From an uncultured Planctomycetales bacterium (GTDB lineage: Bacteria > Omnitrophota > Gorgyraeia > Zapsychrales > JBDRMG01), in the NCBI GenBank assembly GCA_964478715.1, contig CAYZIY010000001.1, positions 149,196 to 213,195 on the forward strand: a stretch of DNA of 64,000 nucleotides, written 5' to 3'. Below, one piece after another: positions 27,601 to 35,284 of the stretch. A model generated the notes under the pieces. The model saw nothing but the letters and a program-made list of their open reading frames with translations, was not told where the DNA came from and made no database searches. The position numbers and the translations under genes were made by a program. The number at the start of each line of letters is the position of its first letter. The first letter of the stretch is position 1.

Positions 27601-29800
27601 CGCTACCAATGCCGCTTTGGCCGGCTACACCGATAACCATAATGAATTTGATCAGATCATCGCGGGGATCGGAGCGGCCGGTTTTGAAATTGACGGATCC
27701 GGTCTGGTGGATGCCCTGGACCACAATGCCAATCCGTTTGGAAGCGATGAATATTATTTTTCCCGCTACCGTTTTCTCTTTACGCCTGCGGTAACCGGCG
27801 AATACTATTTCGGCACCGACAGCGACGACGCTTCCGAGATTTTGGTTAACCGCGCGGACGAAGACCAGGCGCACAATGTGATCGCTTCCTGGTACGGCGG
27901 GCACGGCACGGCCGGTAATTTCAACCATAATGGGGCTGTGAATCTGGAGGCGGACAAAGGCTATTGGGTCGAATACCGCATGACCGAATGGCGCGGCGGG
28001 CAGCTCAGCCGGATGGGTGTTTTGCCGCCGGCCGGTTCGTGGCAGACGCTAAACAGCAGTCATTTCGCAGGCGAATTTTATTGCCGCAACTGCACCGACA
28101 GCAATCTCACCGTGACCGAAGGCGAGGAGATCGGGAATATTGCCAAGCTGGAATTCACCACTTTGCCGCAAACCGTTGTTCAGGGTTTTTCCACGGAATT
28201 GATGTCCGTTCAGACACAGGATGCATCCAGCGTGGCCAGGCCCGTTACTGCCGATACACAAATATTTCTCGAATCCTCGTCTTTGCTCGGGCAGTTCGCG
28301 CCGGAAGACGATCCGGCTAACTGGAGCGCCGATAATACCTTAACGGTTACGATTCCCTCCGGTCAAGATACGGCACGCTTTTACTACAGGGATTTTGAAG
28401 TTGGTCTTCCGACGATCTCCGCGTCCGAATTTCCAACTCAGGGATGGCAGGAGGCCACCCAGCAGCAGACCATTAACAGCGCGGTCAATACATTTCAGGT
28501 GACAGCCGGTGCGGCTCAGGTGACAGGGGAAGCGTTTGCGCTTTCGATCACCGCCATTGACCAAAACGGTAACGTGGCCGTTGATTACAATGATCCGGTT
28601 GATCTTTCCGTGAATTATGTGAGTCCGTTAACAGGCACGGGAGCGCTTTCCGTTGCCGGCGCTACGGCCTTTGTCAACGGGATCGCGGTTTTGAATAATG
28701 TTACTTATTCGAACTGCGGGGTCATCACCATGACGGTAACCAAAAGCGATGATCCGGCTAAAACCGGTTCATCTAGCAATATTTCTTTTGCGCCGGATTC
28801 GTTTTCTTTAGAGTTGTCCGGCCTGGATTTCCTAGCGGCCCACACGGTCAATAAATCCTTCACGCTGAGCGCTACCGCCTTGGATGCGGCGGGAGCTGTT
28901 TGCACAGGCTATCAAGGCCCGGCCTCGCTTTCGGTCAATACTATTGATCCGCCGGCTGATCAGGGGGCCAGCCTTTCGCCCGAGCAATTGGGGAACACGC
29001 TTTGGAATGAAGGAACAGCCGAGATCGCGGAGGCCACTTTCGATCGCTACGGCGAGGTTTCTTTGGTCATCAGCGATGACAATTTATCAACACAACAGGG
29101 GACATCGCAGGAGATTGTTTTTCTTCCCAAAGATTTCCTGGTCAACCTTTCGGATCCTCTGCCGGATAGAGATTTTTATTATACCCATGAACCCATTGAT
29201 ATTTCTGTTGGAGCCCGGGATGAAAACAATGAGCCCGTAGTTAATTATCAGGGGACCGTGGGCTTTGAGGGAACCAGTCTCAGTCTTCCCGAGACTTATA
29301 CATTCATCGATGACGAAGACGGCCGTCATGAGTTTTTGGATATCAGCAGTTCGTTGAGCTTTGAGGAAAAAACTTTAAATGTTTTTGATACGCAGTTTTC
29401 TTTTGTGCAAGGTGAGAGCGAGCCGATCACCGTCAAAGAGGCCCGGATTCAAGTTCTTCCTAACCGGGGTCCGGTGGGGAATCTGCCTTTGACTATTCAG
29501 ATTATTGACGAGGATGATCAGGTGATTGTTGAAGATAACAGCACCTTCTTTACCGTTGATCTTGAGGAATTCATTGATGACGGTTCGGCCACCTCTCATG
29601 CGCTCGGCAATCCCGTTGTGGTCACCGAAGGGACGGCCATGATTATTCTTAATGATGACCAGGCCGAGCAGGTGACGGTCACGCCTGATTCCACGCCCGG
29701 TCTTAAGCCCGTTGCCGGCATCGCCACTTTCGGAACGGTTTCAGGAACAGGGCTGGGTATCCAAATTTATCGAGAGCTAAAAGATGAGGTTGAACAATAA
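24656..29800 (+). CDS. Giant secreted protein (1714 aa): three tandem modules of DUF2341-like domain + PA14 domain, then bacterial Ig-like domains
   Basis: Three repeats each with ..DG.DIRFTD.DDAT.L.YWIES...Y.WVKVP..........IY.YYGN followed by a PA14-like core YYFSRYRF.F.P..TG.YYFGT.SDDASEIL.N; hydrophobic N-terminal region. Start codon uncertain (an internal Met at 24749 begins a signal-peptide-like segment). Confidence 0.8.
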   Translation: MKINNCRLMYCLLSRPCGCRNAFCRLWPRLFMAGAVLLLISLCLPENLYAYLTGDAWDYEQQITVTNPNAASLSNYQILVAFDSASLITAGQMAADGRDLRFTSAQNDDATLLDYWIESGTINTDATYVWVKVPSLAASSSANIYMYYGNGAAPAVSSLVSTFRSSDLFLLTTRATDQTLAGYTDNHDEFDEIITRIGTPDFAVDGSGYVNAVNHNANPYGSSEYYFSRYRFLFVPSLTGTYYFGTNSDDASEILINSADQDLTHNVIASWYGGHGISGSFNHNSPVSLNAGYGYWIEYRMTEWRGGQLSRMGILPPAGSWQIVNSTNFSGQLFAREYADQEPTVSFPPSKLVFTTSEQTINTDGVSGVITIETQDQFSHVAVASADTAITLSSNSSTGQFSLTADPFTPVSSAIISSGESSVNLYYRDSSSGTFTISVSSAGLTPASQTMNVQNLSAQWDHRIPVIINNADCTDALNDYQVLVTLNTAAIIAQGNMQADGADIRFTDSDDATYLSYWIESDTINSSDTYIWVKVPSVPASASKTIYLYYGNASATEVSSISQTFSADQIYLLTTRATDSGLVGYSDDHSEFDQIVDRIGQAGFTIDGTGYVERIDHNANPFGSDEYYFSRYRFLFTPAVTGEYYFGTDSDDASEILVNRADEDQAHNVIASWYGGHGTAGNFNHNGAVNLEADKGYWVEYRMTEWRGGQLSRMGVLEPGSSFKTLTADNFPGQIFTRKYSTCLPSSTEQFPITRIAFISPSQSIYEDRVSNQITIETQDVNGDPVAVTEDTTINLQTTSSKGEFSLNESPFLAVHSVTISADSSSASFYYRDREAGSYTLSALESPGRGWDDGQQTIEVLVFDYIGSYQYPVTITNPNAEDLSDCQVKVTVDTASLIAEGKMLADGSDIRFTDEDDATLLSYWIESDTMNTAQTYLWVRVPFLASLSNKTIYMYYGNPGAAAVSSIASTFQEDQIYLTTTRATNAALAGYTDNHNEFDQIIAGIGAAGFEIDGSGLVDALDHNANPFGSDEYYFSRYRFLFTPAVTGEYYFGTDSDDASEILVNRADEDQAHNVIASWYGGHGTAGNFNHNGAVNLEADKGYWVEYRMTEWRGGQLSRMGVLPPAGSWQTLNSSHFAGEFYCRNCTDSNLTVTEGEEIGNIAKLEFTTLPQTVVQGFSTELMSVQTQDASSVARPVTADTQIFLESSSLLGQFAPEDDPANWSADNTLTVTIPSGQDTARFYYRDFEVGLPTISASEFPTQGWQEATQQQTINSAVNTFQVTAGAAQVTGEAFALSITAIDQNGNVAVDYNDPVDLSVNYVSPLTGTGALSVAGATAFVNGIAVLNNVTYSNCGVITMTVTKSDDPAKTGSSSNISFAPDSFSLELSGLDFLAAHTVNKSFTLSATALDAAGAVCTGYQGPASLSVNTIDPPADQGASLSPEQLGNTLWNEGTAEIAEATFDRYGEVSLVISDDNLSTQQGTSQEIVFLPKDFLVNLSDPLPDRDFYYTHEPIDISVGARDENNEPVVNYQGTVGFEGTSLSLPETYTFIDDEDGRHEFLDISSSLSFEEKTLNVFDTQFSFVQGESEPITVKEARIQVLPNRGPVGNLPLTIQIIDEDDQVIVEDNSTFFTVDLEEFIDDGSATSHALGNPVVVTEGTAMIILNDDQAEQVTVTPDSTPGLKPVAGIATFGTVSGTGLGIQIYRELKDEVEQ
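26507..26806 (+). repeat. 300-bp direct repeat copy A inside the giant gene (PA14 core of module 2)
   Basis: Identical base-for-base to 27725-28024 by direct comparison. Confidence 0.9.
27725..28024 (+). repeat. 300-bp direct repeat copy B inside the giant gene (PA14 core of module 3)
   Basis: Identical to 26507-26806; offset 1218 bp. Confidence 0.9.
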
Positions 29801-30212
29801 GAACCGGGGTTTTACCTTTATCGAGCTGTTGATCACTCTTACGGTTTTAGCGATTTCTTTTCTGCCTTTGATGAATATGTATACCGTGATGATTGACCAA
29901 TCGGTATTTACCAGTGATCTGACATCAGCCCGCTATCTCGCTCAGGAGGAAATGGAGAAAATCAAGAATCGCAATCTCACGGTTCAACAGCTTAAAGAAA
30001 TGGGCGACCGCTGGCATCCGCCGCTTAATGAAAAAGCGCTCGTGTTAAACAAAGAACGCTGGAGGGTTTTAAGGACCATTGAGCCCACAGAACCCTTAAC
30101 GGTTAAAGTTCAGGTCTTCAAAGAAGCCGAACGGATTTCCCGAAAGGAACCCAAGCCGGTTGCCAGTCTTATCACCCTGATCGAAGATTTCCACTGGGCC
30201 ATTACCGATTAA
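29784..30212 (+). CDS. Minor pseudopilin with prepilin-type N-terminus
   Basis: NRG/FTFIELLITLTVLAISFLPL with E+5. Confidence 0.75.
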   Translation: MRLNNKNRGFTFIELLITLTVLAISFLPLMNMYTVMIDQSVFTSDLTSARYLAQEEMEKIKNRNLTVQQLKEMGDRWHPPLNEKALVLNKERWRVLRTIEPTEPLTVKVQVFKEAERISRKEPKPVASLITLIEDFHWAITD

Positions 30213-30218
30213 ACCAGA

Positions 30219-31451
30219 ATGCGAAAGACAAACAAAAACATTAACGGCGGTTTGATTTTAATAGAACTATTGATCGCTATTTCTATTGCGGCGGTTTTAA
30301 TCGGGGTCGTGGCCCTCACCATGAAAACAGTTTTTGATATCTATCATTTCGTGCAAAACGAAATGATACTACAGAAAGCCCTCGATGATTCATTGAAGAC
30401 GCTTTCCGACGGAGATTTCCGCAACTATGGGATCAAAGATTCCCTGGAAATCATTAAAGCCGGCCAAACATATCTTTCATTTGTCCCTCCCTGGGTCGAT
30501 GACAGCCACCGGGTTGACAATATGGCCGATCAGAGATTTAGACTCTCTGCTCCCTTTAAGGCCGGTTCCGGACTTCCTCTGGCCGAGGCCAGACCGTATG
30601 GCAAACAGCCCTGGCAGGTTGTGCCGCTTATTTTCTTTTTAAGAGAAACATCCAACGGGGCAATGGAAAAAGACCAGGCGATTATTGCCGCCGAACTCCC
30701 CCCGGGTACTCCGGTGCGCTTTATCTATCATCCCGACACCCGTACTATTCCTGATGCGAGAATGACTCTCCGCTTTTCCCCAGAGACCATCGCGCGCACC
30801 TACAGACAAAAAAAAGAGGTTTTCCCCAAAAGTGATTTCGGCCCTGTGGCCTTCAGAGATGTTTCATTGAAATATTTTGACAATGCCAACAACAGAATGG
30901 AAGCCGGCGCTTCAGGGGAAATCCCTGCGGCCGACATCCCTAAAATCACAGCTGTCAAGTTGAGTATCACGGCTCAGGCGGGGGGCAAGTCAAAGACGGG
31001 TCATGTTTTTATCAATTTGCGCAATACCCGTTCGGTGGGTTCCGGCTTGATTATCCGAAAGGGCGCCACGCTGCCTCTTCCGAATTCCCGCGATATCCGC
31101 GCTTTTAGTCTGCACAACATTATTGGCGTAAAGCCCGGCGGCCTTATCTCTTTATTGGCTCAGTCTGATGAAGGCAACAGCTGGAAAATCAATATCGAGC
31201 TGGATAGTGAGGGTAACAGGGAGCTGATCAAAGGTTATGGGGTGGAATATCCGGCCGGTTCCAATGTTTCGAGCCAGACACTTAATTTAAACACGGATCT
31301 TCCAATCAACTTCCTGAGCCTGGGAGGAAACGGCCGTTATGATTATGACCTTGACGATAATGTGGAAGATGTCGTAAACTTAAAAGGAAAGGTCAAGTTG
31401 ACGGTTTTGGAGATGGACGCCCAAGGGGCCGCGCTTTTCATCCGGCCGTGA
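30219..31451 (+). CDS. Large (410 aa) pseudopilin-like protein (GspK/PilY-like candidate)
   Basis: Prepilin-like N-terminus NGG/LILIELLIAISIAAVLIGVVAL with E+5; large periplasmic domain. Confidence 0.6.
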   Translation: MRKTNKNINGGLILIELLIAISIAAVLIGVVALTMKTVFDIYHFVQNEMILQKALDDSLKTLSDGDFRNYGIKDSLEIIKAGQTYLSFVPPWVDDSHRVDNMADQRFRLSAPFKAGSGLPLAEARPYGKQPWQVVPLIFFLRETSNGAMEKDQAIIAAELPPGTPVRFIYHPDTRTIPDARMTLRFSPETIARTYRQKKEVFPKSDFGPVAFRDVSLKYFDNANNRMEAGASGEIPAADIPKITAVKLSITAQAGGKSKTGHVFINLRNTRSVGSGLIIRKGATLPLPNSRDIRAFSLHNIIGVKPGGLISLLAQSDEGNSWKINIELDSEGNRELIKGYGVEYPAGSNVSSQTLNLNTDLPINFLSLGGNGRYDYDLDDNVEDVVNLKGKVKLTVLEMDAQGAALFIRP

Positions 31452-31486
31452 AGAATTAGTAAGATTAAAATAGTAAGGAGATATGT

Positions 31487-31801
31487 ATGCCAGACAAAAA
31501 CTTTGAAAACCTAAATGAGTTGATGCAGTTTAGCAATGAAGGGATTTACAGCAAAGTTTTGATCAAGAATGAAAAATACCACTACACCCTGATGTGCCTG
31601 GCCAAAGGAAGCGGCATTGACACGCACACTTCCGCCAAAAGCGGTTGCGTGACGGTCTTAAAAGGTAAAGGGACATTTGTTTTAAATCAAGAAAAGATTC
31701 CGCTTTGTCCCGGCGTGTTTATTCCGATGGCCGCCCATGATCCTCACTCTTTATCTGCCGAGGAGGATCTGGCAATTTTGATCGGCCTGCATACGGCTTA
31801 A
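31487..31801 (+). CDS. Small cupin-fold protein
   Basis: 104 aa with two cupin-like beta motifs (GSGIDTHTS... / PGVFIPMAAHDPH). Confidence 0.4.
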   Translation: MPDKNFENLNELMQFSNEGIYSKVLIKNEKYHYTLMCLAKGSGIDTHTSAKSGCVTVLKGKGTFVLNQEKIPLCPGVFIPMAAHDPHSLSAEEDLAILIGLHTA

Positions 31802-31817
31802 AAATGAAAAAAAATTA

Positions 31818-32891
31818 ATGCGCTATTTTTGCCTTCCTCTACTTACTCTATTTATTCTGAGCCCCTGCTTGTCTCTGGGGCAGATGGAGACGATTTCCTC
31901 CCAACCCTGGCCGCTGGAAGAATTTGAAAAGCACGTGTTTAGTATCAGCCTCAACAAGGAGGCCATTCCGGACATTGACAAACCGCATTATATTCCGCCG
32001 CGAGTTGTTGAAGAAGGCATTTTGCCTTATTTAGATAACAGCGATATTGTTTTTGTGTTAGAAGATAAAAAAATGCCCCGCATTTATCCCCGTAAAGTTC
32101 TGGTCTGGCACGAAGTCGTCAATGATGTCATTGACGGGCGGCCTCTTGTGATTACCTACTGTCCTTTAACGGATTCGGCGATCGCTTTTGAAGCGGTTGT
32201 CGATGAAAAGAGGGTTACATTTGGCAAATCCGGCCTTGTTCTTAACAGTAATCTGGTGATGGCAGACCGGGGCACCGGCAGTCCCTGGCCGCAGATGCTG
32301 GGGCAGGCTATTCGGGGTCCTTTAAAGGGAAAAAAACTCAAACGCATTGCGCTTATAACGATGTATTGGAGTCAGGCCAAAAAAGCTTACGCGTCGGCCC
32401 GAATACTTTCCCGCCATACCGGGCATCTGATGGAATACAAAGGGGATCCTTACGGTTCCTATTGGGGAGGCAGCTCCTATTATCAAACCGGAAATCCAAA
32501 ATATCCGGTGATGTCCTGGGATGCGCGCCTTAATCCTAAAACCGTTATCGTTGGTGTTTTAAGCGGATCTCGTCCTGCAGCTGTCAAGAGAGACCTTATC
32601 AGAAAAGAAAAAGTCGTTAATATTCCTTCCGCCGGAAACAACTGTGCGGCTTTCTATGATTCGGCGCTTCGCGCCGTAAGGGTTTTTAGATCATATGCCG
32701 ACAAAAAGCGGCTGACATTTGTATATGAAAACGGGGGAATCAAAGATCTGGAAACAGAGACCCGCTGGTCGCCGCAGGGAGTGGCTCTTGAGGGAAAATT
32801 GAAAGGACAGCACCTTCAGGCGGCCGACTTCTACAATGCCATGTGGTTCGCCTGGGCCGCATTCTATCCGAACACCATTCTTATCCGCTAA
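31818..32891 (+). CDS. Secreted DUF3179-like protein
   Basis: Signal peptide, then conserved PLVITYCPLTDSAIAF block resembling the DUF3179 core. Confidence 0.45.
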   Translation: MRYFCLPLLTLFILSPCLSLGQMETISSQPWPLEEFEKHVFSISLNKEAIPDIDKPHYIPPRVVEEGILPYLDNSDIVFVLEDKKMPRIYPRKVLVWHEVVNDVIDGRPLVITYCPLTDSAIAFEAVVDEKRVTFGKSGLVLNSNLVMADRGTGSPWPQMLGQAIRGPLKGKKLKRIALITMYWSQAKKAYASARILSRHTGHLMEYKGDPYGSYWGGSSYYQTGNPKYPVMSWDARLNPKTVIVGVLSGSRPAAVKRDLIRKEKVVNIPSAGNNCAAFYDSALRAVRVFRSYADKKRLTFVYENGGIKDLETETRWSPQGVALEGKLKGQHLQAADFYNAMWFAWAAFYPNTILIR

Positions 32892-32926
32892 ACGATTCAA
32901 ACATTTCTTCCATCGGTGAAAATCAC

Positions 32927-32955
32927 TTGACAGAAGGGCTTTTGTGGTTTATATT
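32927..32955 (+). promoter_or_regulatory. Consensus sigma70 promoter (TTGACA-17-TATATT) upstream of fur
   Basis: ttgaca at 32927-32932, 17-nt spacer, tatatt at 32950-32955. Confidence 0.5.
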
Positions 32956-32957
32956 GG

Positions 32958-32975
32958 TAATGAAAACCATTATCA
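32958..32975 (+). promoter_or_regulatory. Fur-box-like operator immediately downstream of the -10 element
   Basis: taatgaaaaccattatca matches about 15 of 17 positions of the core TAATGATAATCATTATC. Confidence 0.4.
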
Positions 32976-33103
32976 ATAAGGAAACGGCCTTTATGACACC
33001 ATTGCGACATCACAGACGGATGCAGCAAGGACACAGGCCCGGAAGATGTTTCCGGGGCAATCAGTCTTTTGTGCAGGGGCAATTCAGAGGGTGCGGCTAC
33101 CGC

Positions 33104-33517
33104 ATGACCAAGCCCAGAGAAGCAATCATTGAGGTTCTCAGAATGGTCCAGGATCCCTTAAGCGCCGAGGATATATATTTCAGAGTCCATAAAATCTATT
33201 CGGACATCGGCCTGACAACCGTCTATCGGAATTTGGAGCTTTTGGTCTCGATGCAGCTGGTGAACAAATTCGACTTTGGCCATGGTTGTGCCAAATATGA
33301 ATTATCGGATAAAAATCCCAATGTCAAACACCATCATCACCTGATTTGCACCGTTTGCAATCGGGTGATCAGCTACTGTGATTTTATGGATCAGGAACTC
33401 AAATACCTCAAGGAAACCGAAAAGGGACTGGCTAAGAAATATCAGTTTGACATCAAAGATCATGTGATTCAGTTTTACGGTTTATGCAAATCTTGTCAAA
33501 AAAAAGAAAGGAGATGA
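33104..33517 (+). CDS. fur: Fur-family metal-responsive transcriptional regulator (Fur/Zur/PerR)
   Basis: N-terminal winged helix, HHHH plus CxxC...CxxC metal sites (HHHHLICTVCNRV ... YGLCKSCQ). Start moved to the Met at 33104; the longer ORF-track start at 32843 overlaps the upstream gene and reads as non-coding. Confidence 0.85.
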   Translation: MTKPREAIIEVLRMVQDPLSAEDIYFRVHKIYSDIGLTTVYRNLELLVSMQLVNKFDFGHGCAKYELSDKNPNVKHHHHLICTVCNRVISYCDFMDQELKYLKETEKGLAKKYQFDIKDHVIQFYGLCKSCQKKERR

Positions 33518-33522
33518 TCACC

Positions 33523-33873
33523 ATGCCAAGAGGAGACAGAACAGGACCGCAGGGAATGGGACCGATGACAGGCCGTCAGGCCGGTTACTGCGCAGGCTTT
33601 TCTGCACCCGGTTATATGAATCCGGTCGGCACAGGGCGAGGAATGGGCTTTCGTCGAGGCGGGGGACGAGGCGCAGGAGGTTACGGACGCGGCCGGGGTA
33701 TGGGCTGGGGCTGGAACGCTCCCGCTTACGGTTATCCGCAAGCTTATCCGGCAGGTTCCGCCTCGATGAGCAAAGAGGACGAGCTTAACGTATTGCGCCA
33801 GGAAGCGAAAGCTTTGGAGCAAGAGACGCAGTCTATTCAATCCAGAATTATCGAGCTGGAAAAAAACGAATAA
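33523..33873 (+). CDS. DUF5320-family protein (Gly/Arg-rich, C-terminal coiled coil)
   Basis: MPRGDRTGPQGMGPMTGRQAGYCAGF opening, glycine/arginine-rich middle, C-terminal helix EELNVLRQEAKALEQE; RBS aaaggag upstream. Confidence 0.7.
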   Translation: MPRGDRTGPQGMGPMTGRQAGYCAGFSAPGYMNPVGTGRGMGFRRGGGRGAGGYGRGRGMGWGWNAPAYGYPQAYPAGSASMSKEDELNVLRQEAKALEQETQSIQSRIIELEKNE

Positions 33874-33910
33874 ATAGTCGCGGAAACTCATTGATAAAAG
33901 AAAGGGGAGA

Positions 33911-34291
33911 ATGGTGAAATTTGCCATATCAACAGATGGAGACTTTGTCTCCGCTCATTTTGGCCGGTGTCCGTCTTTTACTTTGGTGGAGGCCGATAAT
34001 GCGCAGGTGACATCAAAAGAAGTTATCGCGAATCCCGGGCATCATCCCGGATTCTTGCCGGAATTTCTGCACAAACAAGACGTAACGGCGATCATTTGCG
34101 GCGGTATGGGCCAGCGGGCGCGTGTGCTTTTTGAGCAAAAGGCGATTCAAGCTATTACCGGATGTGAAGGCTCTGTAGATGAGGCCATCGATGCTTTTGT
34201 TAAAGGAAAACTTGAAAGCCGGGACAATCCATGCGCTCCGCGATCCGGCAAGGGATACGGATTAGATAAAACAGAATGCGACCACGATTAA
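33911..34291 (+). CDS. NifX/NifB-C-terminal-like dinitrogenase FeMo-cofactor-binding domain protein (copy 1)
   Basis: MVKFAISTDGDFVSAHFGRCPSFTLVE ... AIICGGMGQRA pattern typical of this domain. Confidence 0.8.
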   Translation: MVKFAISTDGDFVSAHFGRCPSFTLVEADNAQVTSKEVIANPGHHPGFLPEFLHKQDVTAIICGGMGQRARVLFEQKAIQAITGCEGSVDEAIDAFVKGKLESRDNPCAPRSGKGYGLDKTECDHD

Positions 34292-34305
34292 AGGAGAATG
34301 ATCAA

Positions 34306-34668
34306 ATGAAATTATGCATTACAGCCACTCAGCCATCTTTGGATGCTGAAATGGATTCTCGTTTTGGACGGTGCCGGTATTTTGCGATTATCGACAGTGA
34401 AACCGGCGAACATGAATTTATCGAAAACAAAAACATTAACGGTGTCGGAGGGGTCGGCATTCAGTCCGCCCAGCTCTTGTCGCAAAAGGGTGTTCAGGCT
34501 GTTGCCACAGGCCAGGTGGGCCCTAATGCCTTTCAGACACTAGCGTCGGCTGGAATTCGGGTTTACAGCGGACTTTCGGGCTCTGTATGCCGGGCGTTTC
34601 AGGAATTTAAGGATGAAAAGTTGACTCCCACTGAAAATCCTGATGCTCAACCAAAATCAGGAATATAA
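34306..34668 (+). CDS. NifX/NifB-C-terminal-like FeMo-cofactor-binding domain protein (copy 2)
   Basis: MKLCITAT...RFGRCRYFAIID...AVATGQVGPNA; start moved to the internal Met with RBS aaggaga. Confidence 0.8.
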   Translation: MKLCITATQPSLDAEMDSRFGRCRYFAIIDSETGEHEFIENKNINGVGGVGIQSAQLLSQKGVQAVATGQVGPNAFQTLASAGIRVYSGLSGSVCRAFQEFKDEKLTPTENPDAQPKSGI

Positions 34669-34672
34669 TTTC

Positions 34673-35278
34673 ATGGATGAAGGGAAGATTCTTGAGAATC
34701 ATAAAATTTATGCGCAGCGTCTTGAGCGAGCGAAAGAATTCGGATTTGATGTCAATCAAAACTGCCAGCAGATTATTGACCTGGCTCAGCCCATCCGGGG
34801 AAAGATTCTGGAAGTCGGCACCGGCAAAGGGCATTTCTGCCTGAATTTAGCCCAAGCGGGATATCGATTCAAAAGCATCGATCTTTCTTCTCAAGAGCAG
34901 GAGATCGCCCGGTTGAATCTGAAATATTTAAAGGAAGATGATCAGGTTGATTTTCTGATCGCCGATGCCCGCAGACTTCCCTTCGAAGATCAATATTTCG
35001 ACATTGTTTTTGCCGTCAATGTGGCCCATCATTTGGACGAACCGCTTGAGGTGGCCCAAGAAATCTTGAGGGTGGTCAAACAAGGCGGCAAAATGATTTG
35101 TACGGATTTCAATGATGAGGGATTTAACATTATTCACAAAATGCATTACAGCGAAGGCCATCATCATCCCGCCCAAGATTTCCGTTTATCGGATATCGAG
35201 CGCGCCCTGGCCCAGCAGGGTTATGAGATAAAAAAGCACCATACACCAACCCAGGATATATGTATTATCCACAAATAG
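34673..35278 (+). CDS. Class I SAM-dependent methyltransferase
   Basis: Motif I ILEVGTGKGHF, motif post-I/II (DLS ... IADARRLPFEDQYFDIVFA). Confidence 0.75.
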   Translation: MDEGKILENHKIYAQRLERAKEFGFDVNQNCQQIIDLAQPIRGKILEVGTGKGHFCLNLAQAGYRFKSIDLSSQEQEIARLNLKYLKEDDQVDFLIADARRLPFEDQYFDIVFAVNVAHHLDEPLEVAQEILRVVKQGGKMICTDFNDEGFNIIHKMHYSEGHHHPAQDFRLSDIERALAQQGYEIKKHHTPTQDICIIHK

Positions 35279-35284
35279 GGAATC

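Noticed and set aside
32843-33103. Long N-terminal extension of the fur ORF overlapping the upstream gene
   Set aside because: The extension spans the promoter and Fur-box and encodes an Arg/His-rich non-Fur sequence. The start at 33104 (MTKPREAI...) gives a normal 137-aa Fur.
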